This document shows positions 54,248 through 64,000 of a DNA stretch of 64,000 nt, piece by piece (within the stretch, counting starts at the first letter, position 1; every line of letters starts with the position of its first letter). The stretch is from Lingula anatina (lineage: Eukaryota > Animalia > Brachiopoda). The notes under the pieces are model-generated. The model saw only the letters and a list, made by a program, of their open reading frames with translations, was not told the origin of the DNA and did not search any database. The stretch is taken from assembly GCA_051362555.1 (NCBI GenBank), contig CM120640.1, positions 33,623,967 through 33,687,966 on the forward strand, read 5' to 3'. The translations under genes and the position numbers were made by a program.

Positions 54248-57200
54248 ATGCGCATGCATGTGTGTATGTGTATTTACTGTAAGATTTCCAACACAACCAT
54301 ATGCTTAATGACAATTTTAAGGACAGAAAAGTTTAACTTATGTGTAAGAAAAGAACCAGTGAAATCTTTTTAATGTGCCATGAATAAATAAAAATAAACG
54401 TTTATGAATGTTTCTTTTTTTATCAGACCATTTTCAGTGATCACTCTATTGGTGTAAATGTGAGATGGCTTGCTGTTTTATACTTCAAGAATGGAATAGA
54501 TAGATATTGGAGGAGAAATGCACCCAAGTAAGTATTCTACATTATGAAAAGTCAGAATGTCACTGTAAAAACAAAATTTGAATATGCATTCTTTTGTAGT
54601 TTTACCGAATTTCAAAGACTTATATAGCTACACATAGGGTACACTGATGTACTAGGTTTTTATGATATATGCGTGATATTCATGTGATGAACTTGTATTG
54701 ATGAAATGAAGGTTGAGTGTGCTATATGTTACTTTTGTAGTGCCATTCCAGAAGAAGAAAAGGGAAGCCTTAGACAGAGACTGATAACTCACTTTAATGA
54801 ACCAGTGCCACAGGTTAGCAAAAATCTTGCTTTGAAATCAGTTGATTCAGTACTGTTGATAAATCAGTTGATTCAGTACTGTTGATGTTACCAAAGGCTA
54901 GTTGCCAACAGAAAGGGATAGAAATTCTTTTCAGTAAAATCTTTTTCACTTGCCATTGGGCTATATGTGTATTTAAGCCAGGCACTTGACATGAAATACA
55001 AGTTGCTTCTGTTCATTTATTTATTTTTATTATTATTATTTAAGATAGCAACACAGTTGGCTGTTTTGATTGGCAAAGTTGCCAGGCTAGACTGTCCTAG
55101 ACAATGGCCTGAGTTAATCCCTACTCTGTTTGAGGCTGTGAAACAACCCGATGAAACAGTCCAACAGAGGGCACTGCTAACACTCTATCATGTGTCTAAG
55201 ACACTGGCTTCCAAGAGACTAGCGGCTGATAGAAGAGTGTTTGAAGAGGTATATATTTTTGTGCAAAACTTAAAAAGTACATGTAAGAAATCAAGATAAA
55301 CATGATTGTTTTAATTATAGTTAAAGAAAACTGTAAAATAACAAATTTATGATAAAAAAGTCAATATGAACTGATCGTAAACTTATTCCAGAAAGTTTTT
55401 TTTTTTTTTATTAAAGAACCATTCTGTGAAATTTATGAAATATTACAAAATCTTTATTTCCAGCTCACAAAGAATATATTCAGCTATGTTCTAGAAATGT
55501 GGAACTGCCATTCAGAACAGTTTTTTCAAGCATTCGAAGAACAGAAGAGTGGACTCCTGTTTAAATCCCTAGACAACAGTCTTTTGACCCTTAAAGGTAA
55601 ATGTATTTTCTGCTACAGTAGTTCTTCGCCATGCATCTGAAGAAAATTGATGCGATTAAGTAAAATTAAGCTATGTAATTTTAAGTCCCAAACCAAGAGC
55701 AACAACTTCCTCTTCAGATCAACATGATATTAATGTGAAATGTTTATATGAAAATTCGAATCAAATTGAAATACTGTGCTGCTTGTGCATTGCTTGTCTT
55801 TGTTCATAAGTTGATACTTTTTCACTTTCTACACAATATTGAAGCTATATATCTTACAGCGTGATCCAAAAGCTTTGTGAAGTGTATACCTTCAATATTG
55901 TGTAGAAAGCAAAAAGTTTAAACTTGTGATCATTATCAATAGAATACAACAGATTTGTTTGTCCTTGTTTTAACAATGATCTTAAAATACTTTTTTTTTC
56001 ATCCAGTGTTGAGAAAATTGGTGGTGTTTGGTTTTAAAGACCCCCAGGAGAGTGAGGATGCAATGAACTTTATGAGACTGGTTTTTAATAGGATGCACAA
56101 GATGTTAGAATGTAGTGAGTAATTGATTTACACACTTTTTAGGAGCACATTTTTAACTGGGTTTATGTCTTTTGGTTTCCAGATTATGAATTTCTCTTTA
56201 TGTGTAACTGCTCAGAATTTCAATATCCACACCTGTGCAAAATTTAATGCTTGAAGGTTAAAATGCCAATTGTTTAGCCATATTGTTTGACTAGTTGTTA
56301 TTGTGAAATATTGAATTTTTCGAGATTTCAAACCCTAAGTGAGTGTGATCTGATCTATAAAGATTTGATTGTAGTTTTGGTCAGTTTATTCAAGCTTATC
56401 ACTAGTAACTGGAGCACATTCAGTTTTTTCAGGCAATATTTCTATGTTAGATTTACTATTTGCCATTTGAGTGGATTGGTACAGTAAAGAATATTTCACT
56501 GCATCAAATATATTGAAAGACATTGTTGTTTAGTAAAATATTTATAACGAATGTAACATATCAGCTTATTCATTTTTTAGAAAGAAGACTTCCACATGAA
56601 GCTAGACTTTTTGAATTGAGAGATAAATCACTGACATTGATGTCCAAAGTGGTAAGTGTGATAGTTTGGTATAACTGAACTTAAATTGGATTATTGTACA
56701 TTAAGATTTCTTGATGATATCTTGCAATATGTCAACCCATAACATTCATTTTTTACATCGGATTTCATGATTTTAATTTAAATCAATCTTATATTTCAAA
56801 TTTAGCTTCTAGATGTGCTTGAAAATCATCCCGATTCATATATCCAGTTTATTCAGCCAAGTTTGGAGCTAGTTGTAGCATACAATTTCACTGACACTGG
56901 AGCAGGTAAGAGATATTATTTGTACATTGAAAAACATTTGCAATAAAATTTTAAAGTAAGTCATTGTTTCAGTTTATCAAGGCTTCAGGTTTCTGTGGAG
57001 ATATAAAAATAAAATGACACTTATTTTTTTTTATTCTTCTTATATTGGACGCATAGGTATTGGCAATTAAAAATACTGAATTTACTTCAGGTTTGTTGTT
57101 TGAACGATTCACAGTCAACTGTTTCAATATAATCAAAAAAATCCTGATGTGTGAAAACTTCAAGCCAGCCAGGCACATAGAAGGTAAGTCTTTGTATAAC

Positions 57201-60200
57201 ACTTCTGCACATTCACACTTAAAAAAAAAACAACAACAATTTATTAGTTTGAACAATGTGTGTACATTATATATTTAACTATGAAGCTTATAAATATTTA
57301 GTATATGCAGATTATCTTCCAAATTTTGATATATAAAACGGGTTGATGTAAGACTAGAATACCACAAACTGTTCTGCATGAGTTTACTTGTAGCATATTG
57401 AGCTTTTTTTTTTTCTTACAGACACTAAACCTTCCACTTTAGTAGCATACAAAATCAAAATGGCATTCTTCAACACTGGCACATTATCGGAGATGCTGAG
57501 GCGACTGGTTTCCCATTATTTCTTGCTGACATCAGATGACTTACAAATATGGGATAATGACCCAGAGGAATATGGTGAGTATGACTCTTTAATGAAAACG
57601 ATGGTTTATTGAGTGGACTTTTTATAAAATGAGGAGAATTGGTACCTTAGACTTCATACAATGATGAAATGATGATAATTTACAGGACTGATGTCCAGCA
57701 CCAGTTTCCAGTTGATTTTGGCACTTATACTACCTAAATGGCAGCGAATATTTATTCCTTTTGGTATTTAGTCTTGATAGGAGTCCCAGTTCACTTGAAA
57801 AATAAGGAATTCAATTGCGTCTCTTTTTCTTTGCACTACTAGTAGCCTGTCATCTGGGAACAGACACACATTCTTTGGCTTTTGTATCCCATCAGCCTCT
57901 TGTAAAAGTTGCCCAAGAAACTGTCCTTCTTTGTGGAACATAGATATCCTGTTGTTGTCATGGTCACAGACCAGGAGCTTGTTGCCATGGAAACACATGC
58001 TCTCTGGAAATGAGAGCTCACTGACACCATTACCATAGCTACCAATGGACCTATTCAATGACCCTTCCATATTGTATACATTGACACAATTCTGTTGGGT
58101 GTCACAGGCATAGATAAGATTGTCATCTACCAGAAGTGATGGCACACAGCTTTGAAAACCTTTCCTTGCTGTTCTAGAAACTTTGAGTATGATTTGCTGT
58201 TGTTCCTTCCCTTCCATATTGTACTGCACCATTGTGTTGTTGTCAAAAGCAACAAATATATCTCTGTTTTGACTCGATGTTATGCCAGATGGTTCGAAGG
58301 TCATTGCAATATTTGTCTCTTTCATCACTCTGCCATGTGTATTGAGAACAACAAATTGACTCTCTTTACCAACGTTGCAGTCATAATTGATGCAAATAAA
58401 GCTGTTCTCAGTAGATGTCAGCACCTCTGCCTTGATGTCATGAGTGCCCAAGATGTTCCCATACTGGTCAAACATCTTCACAATTTCATTAGCAGCATCT
58501 GACAGAGCAATCACCCCTGATGAAGTCATTGCTACTCCTAGAAATTGTGATTCGTTGGCAAGTTTTGAAGTGGTAAATCTTCTGATTAATTCAGTCAGAG
58601 CGTCTCCATATTTTAAAGCAGTAATACATGTGGAGTCCCTGGTGGCTGAAAGGTATAGGTCATTGGAAGATATAGAACGTGTGCTCACGGCACCCATCTT
58701 GGGTGTGGTTTGATCAGAGAGTGTGCTGTGTTGAAGGCAGTCTGTGAGCTGTTGTTGCACTTGTTTGGCCACTGCCAGTAATTTTACTGGATCTTCTTGA
58801 GACAAGATGGAGGTTGAGTAAGACTTGAGTTGGCTAAGGTGCTGAATGGCAAACATGGCTTGGCATTTTTGGGCTTGTTCCTCTTTCAGTTGGTTATCTA
58901 GACCCTCCATGTCTTGTCTTAGGTTCGCCATCTTCATCTCCACATCGTTGATCTGTTGGCGTAGACTACTGATATTGAGCGAAGATTTCTCCTCAATGAC
59001 CTCTAACTCAGAAATCTTTTTTTCACATTTGTTTAACAGGTCTTGGATCACTGATATTTCTGCATTTTTGATTGTTTGTATTTCATTAATCTCACAAGAC
59101 CTGTGCTCAATCATGGTACATGGCACGCATATGCAAACACTATGGCTGACGCAGTAGTATTTCAGGGTCTCATTCTCATGAATTGTACACTTATTTTCAT
59201 TGACTCCATACAGAGGCTCTAGAGAGTGGCTGGAAGTGATAGGCACTTGGATATGGGTATTGCTACAGTCCTCACACATTTTTTTATCACACTGAAAACA
59301 GCGAGACTTTGCTTTTCCCAGGGTGGTCTTATTAGCTGCTTTACAGATGTCACATGTGGTAAAGAAGAGCTTTCTAAGGATATCTGCTACTTTATTCATT
59401 ATGAAGTTGTCAGGCAGGCTTTGGACTCCAGCTACACCTGAAAAAAAATACAGCTTGCACTTATCTGTATATGAATGAACAAAGTTTGTAACTTTTTTAT
59501 CAGATTATTCAAAGCATCAATTTATATTCATAGGGGAAAGGCATAAGAGTCACAGAAATGTTGAAAAAAAGAAAAACTATTTGTGGTGGCATGGTTCTGA
59601 CATAGGATACTTTGATTGAGAAACAAATAACAGTCTCATTTCTTACTAGTGATTCAGGACGTTTTTGACACTGAGTTATGATGGTGACGTCAATTCAAAA
59701 TGAAAAGAGAAATTGATGCCTTTAAGTAATTAGATCTGTGTGGCTGGTGTGTAGACAGTAACATATGCAGTCAGAGAGAGGATAAACAAGGTCAGAGGCC
59801 ATCAAGGAAGTTCAGATTATTTCCCATTAATATATATTAAAGAATAAACATTTTCACAGTGTCTTTATTGTGTCATTGCTCACTGTATTTAATTGGGAAA
59901 GTGGAATATTTTATCAGAGATTAAGAAAACCAAATATTATAGGTATAGCATGATGAACCATGTCTTTGATGGTGCATGAAGCTTTTTATTTACAGTCATA
60001 AGTGACAACACGGAATAAATTTACTCTCTGATATCAGGGGCTTCTAAAATAGTACACACAATTTAAGTATGGCCGATACAATAATTTTGTAGCTGACTGC
60101 TAGCACACCCTTTGGTCAGAGAGTAGAATAAATTATGGATGGAATTTACAAAATTAAAGCACCTTTCAACATTTAGCCTAAGGGTTTTCCAGAACTGTAA

Positions 60201-63062
60201 ATTTTTTGTAAGAAGAAATATTTTTCCCTCTTGCCAAACAAGTTGAATGCAATAAGATAGTCATTAAAATGTATATGCTAAACCTGAACATTTATCAAAA
60301 ATAAAACACACACAAATAAAGATAAAAATAAATACTAGTACACAGTGTATATCAAAAAATTATTTTACATTACCTATGACTGCTGGTTTTCTACAGACGG
60401 GACATGGAAAGTGGCCCGTCTCTTGAGCATGTTGAGTCCTGGCATAAGACTCCAGACAACCCTGACAGAAAGTGTGCAGACAAGGCAGGGCCTTGGGTCT
60501 TCTAAATGGCTCTGTGCATATCTGGCAGTAAAAGAAGTCCTCTGCACACTCAGGGACTGCTGTAGCCATGATGTTTCTTTTTTCTTTGGCTATAAAACAG
60601 AAAGAATATATGCATAGATACAAGTATGCAAAGCATAGTACTTAAGTTTGTTTTTAAGTGATTTTAATTTGAAAAAAAAATACAACATTTATGGAATATG
60701 TGCTTGGTGAATGCACTATACATAAATTGAAACTGTTCTTTGCAGCTTTTTGATATGAATTACTAATAACTGTAATATAACAGGAGAAATAACTGCTACA
60801 AACTGCTGTATTTTTTTTTTTAGAATCTATTGATTTGTTAACATAGTAGCATTTAAATCTACCAGAGATTGAAATATTTGGGTCACTGTGGATTTTGTAA
60901 CCATGGGAAAAAAACACCTGGACTACACTTTAGATTTGAATTGAATTTAGTTATAAGCCAGTCTTATGGTTGGTTAACATTAGTTTTGGACTCTGTAAGC
61001 CTCCTATGCCCCAAACCAGACAGCATTTTGGCTGTAGTTTTTCTAAAACTATAAACATCACTTGTTTTTGTTTTAAAATATATCTCTGGCATTCATCAAG
61101 CCTTGGTTGCTGCAGTAGAAAAGTAAAACCCCGGTGACACACTGACATTATGGTGTTAAGTCCATTTGTGTTATAATGCATGATGTCACGTGTGTCAGCT
61201 AGTTATGGCTTAAGGGGGAAAAAAGACTCATAGAACGTCATATGGCTTTCAGTTTGTTAATTATCACCCACTTGGCTTGAGTTCAACAGAATATGGGGAC
61301 TCTTATATTATTTCAGTAAAGTTCAAAGTATATCAAGTAATTCCTTTAGACTGGGTGCACATTTGGGTGATGAATCTCATATTAAGCCTGTCCTAAAGCA
61401 TATTTTAATACAACTGTGATACCAGACCAAAATACAGCTTTGTCCAGCTTAGAAAATGCTTGGATCTTACCAGCAAAACTTCTGTCTTCTGCAACATGAA
61501 ATCCACTTCAATAATAAATTGTACTTACCACTTCAGATGTATGAATCAGCAGCAGATATTGTCAGACTTTCATCTTTGAAAAGTTTGCATTTTATCTGTA
61601 GACTCCGTTCCTATCATGGAGGACAAGTTCACAAGTTGCGTAGTGTAACAGTTCTGCTCTGGTAACGCGGAGTGGCATGTGACCCCATTTGAGCTGGCGG
61701 AGCATTATGAATAAGTGATAGCAATTCCCTGTGAGGGACGTCCTATGTTAATGTATTCAGTTTCTGTTCATTCAGCCTGTAGTGGTATAGTGTCAAAGCT
61801 GCTGAAAAAGTTATTTATACATATAGGCTCAGTTAACAAAGGAAGTAACGGAATAAAGGTTAAGTTGTTTCAATAGATGAATGATGTATTTGGGAGTTGG
61901 TCATTGTTGAAAAGTTGCTAATTTGTTACTGTCATTTCTACTAAGGCTGGTGCTGTATAAGTGTTGACGTGCTTGGTTGACTGAAAGATTGAAATAGAAC
62001 TGCCTGACACATGTGAAGTGAGTTGTTCCAAAAATGTAAACCCTGTAACAATTATTGTCCATACATTTTTTTTTTTTTTTTGCTTTGCTGTTGGCTCAAG
62101 CTAATGTGTATTTTATCCATTTACTGGCTGCAATAATTTATAGCCCAGGCTCTAAATATGTCTGCACAAACATAATATTGTTTACTCTATGATATGTGAT
62201 AATTAACAAATGAATGGTTTTATTCAACAGTGTAGGATAGAAGTTATATAGAAATAATTTGGTCTGGCTAGATTTTTACATTTTTGACATAATTCCATTG
62301 GAAAAGGATAGTGTGTAATAAATAAATAAATAGATAAATAAATGAATAAATAAATAAATAAATGAATATGGAAAATACATGTCAGAAATAAAATTCCCTT
62401 GACAGCAAATTTATCTGAATTGAAAAATCTTTTGAAAATTGTAAATTACCAGTCTTAATACAGTCGTTTGGAGAAATTGTAGATAATATTATGACATTTT
62501 GAAATTAAATTTCCATATTTGGACTGCCCGTTTTAAAAAAATGAAACAAACCAAAATTGACTATTCAAATAATTTAACAAGCTAATAAAACCAGTGTTGG
62601 AAGTGGCCTCAGTTTGCAAAATGTTAGAAATTTAAATCTGGACTGTACCACATGGTGAAAATGACTTAAAATTTTTTAAATAATTTAAATGAAATGAAAA
62701 GATATTGTATGATTCTCAAATCTCTTGACGTTGCATATTATAATGTGTTTTTTTTTTTCTTGTAGTATGTGATGAAGGAGGAGATTCTTGGAAGTTCAGC
62801 ATCAGGGTACGTTACGTTTTCACATTCAGTATGTGAAAATGAGGATTGTTACTTTTGTTATTGAACATTATTAATTTGTTAACATCTTTTACAGTTATTT
62901 TGAAAGTTTTAACATAAAATTTTTTGTAATTTATATTTTTGCTTATTTATTTACAACAAACCCCTTGGGGCCATGGGGAAGATTAATTTTATTTTTACCA
63001 TGTTTTGAGTTATTGATATATATTTTACATATACTATAAAAGGTACATATTAGCTGAGTAAA

Positions 63063-63093
<31 letters not shown>

Positions 63094-64000
63094 CCCTCAA
63101 TAAATAAAGTTAAATATATAAATGTAAAGACAAACATGATTTAGAATCTTGACTAGCTGAGAATTCTAAAACATGTACAAATGTATCCATATCTTTATGG
63201 CACCGTTCCACTTTCTATTTAAACTCAACCATTGGAAAGGCTACTTAAGGATAATGGACTTGGTATTATAGTGTAATTTACAAAGATGATAAACTAGAAA
63301 TGATCAAGTGTTGCATCTCTTTCTGGATTGTCTTCCAGTGCATGTTTCTTGTGATCAAAAAGTACACTGTTTATTTATATTTTACTTTATTTTATTTTTA
63401 CTGCAGCCCTGCACAGAGGTGCTGTTTCTGACGTTATTCAAGGAGTTCAGGGAGGTACTGACCCCTGTGTTACTGGAGATGGTGAAACAAGTGGAGGGAA
63501 ACAACTTGGATCCTGCTGATTTAACTGCTGTGCTGAAAAAAGATGCTGGTAAATAATCCAGACACGCACGCACACGCACACACACACACACGCATTGTTT
63601 ATCATTTATTCATACACGAATTTTCATATGCGGACATATTTGTGTAGATCAATTGTTAGTGCTCAATGAAAACATTCAAATCAGATCTTTAAAACTGTAT
63701 TATTAGTCATCCTAATTTGTTTTGACCCACCTCTGATTACTAGTAATTGTTATTATTAATTTGTGAATTACAAAAGATTGGTATTACTAAATATTAAAAT
63801 ACATTATTGGATATATACCTGAATATTGCTCAGTAATTATAAGCTGTTACCTAGGCTTTTTTAAGGCATCACGTTGGCAAATATTTATTTACTGGTAATT
63901 TCTCAGAAAAGAATTTTCAGTAAAAATTATTTTTTTATTCCAGTGTATAATGCAGTTGGCTTGGCCTCCTTTGACCTGTTTGATGAAATTGACTTTGACA
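54031..64000 (+). CDS. IPO11: Importin-11 (5' part; continues beyond the window)
   Basis: Exons 54031-54168, 54427-54527, 54741-54813, 55045-55248, 55464-55596, 56007-56114, 56581-56651, 56806-56905, 57091-57183, 57422-57574, 62766-62806, 63407-63548, 63944-end. Motifs VRWLAVLYFKNGIDRYWRR, ARLDCPRQWPELIPTL, KTLASKRLAADR. Confidence 0.95.
54194..54246. repeat. (GT)n microsatellite
   Basis: Direct observation. Confidence 0.95.
55805..55928. repeat. Intronic inverted repeat (foldback)
   Basis: ctttctacacaatattgaag (55825-55844) and its exact complement (55890-55909), with weaker flanking pairing. Confidence 0.85.
57768..60569 (-). CDS. TRIM-NHL E3 ligase (RING, B-box1, B-box2, coiled coil, NHL-like propeller; about 621 aa), nested in IPO11
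   Basis: Exon 60569-60374 (CQIC...LPCLHTFCQGC...CPVC) joins in phase 1 to 59437-57768 (GVQSLPDNF, CDIC/CFQC, CTIH..C..H..ICVPC...H, GSYGNGVSELSFPESM..LLVCDHDNNRISMF). Confidence 0.92.

Noticed and set aside
54835-54886. 26 bp exact tandem duplication in an IPO11 intron
   Set aside because: Ordinary slippage duplication with no sign of function.
58152-59441. Plus-strand ORFs over the TRIM exon
   Set aside because: Antisense shadows of the TRIM coding sequence; not IPO11-like.

Overview
AT-rich, intron-containing animal genomic DNA, most likely a bilaterian invertebrate (lophotrochozoan-like repeats; this taxon call is inference). No CRISPR, operon or other prokaryotic system is present. Gene models were assembled by hand from GT-AG junctions and reading-frame phase: C2CD4-family protein with tandem C2 domains (+), small 2-TM ORF (-), GPR161-like orphan class A GPCR (+), PRDX3 (-) head-to-head with LSM1 (+), an unnamed PAH/harmonin-homology-like nuclear protein (+), SLC30A5/ZnT5 (-, with a U12-type intron) head-to-head with IPO11 (+, runs off the window), and a RING-Bbox-CC-NHL TRIM gene nested antisense in a 5.2 kb IPO11 intron. 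Non-coding DNA holds several MITEs, Tc1/L2/RTE/SINE relics and a dispersed repeat with two tRNA-like modules. Best leads: the PAH-like candidate corepressor, the nested TRIM-NHL, the two-C2 C2CD4, a possible readthrough-plus-splice GPCR extension, and the double tRNA-like repeat. Family assignments come from recalled motifs; no database search was run.
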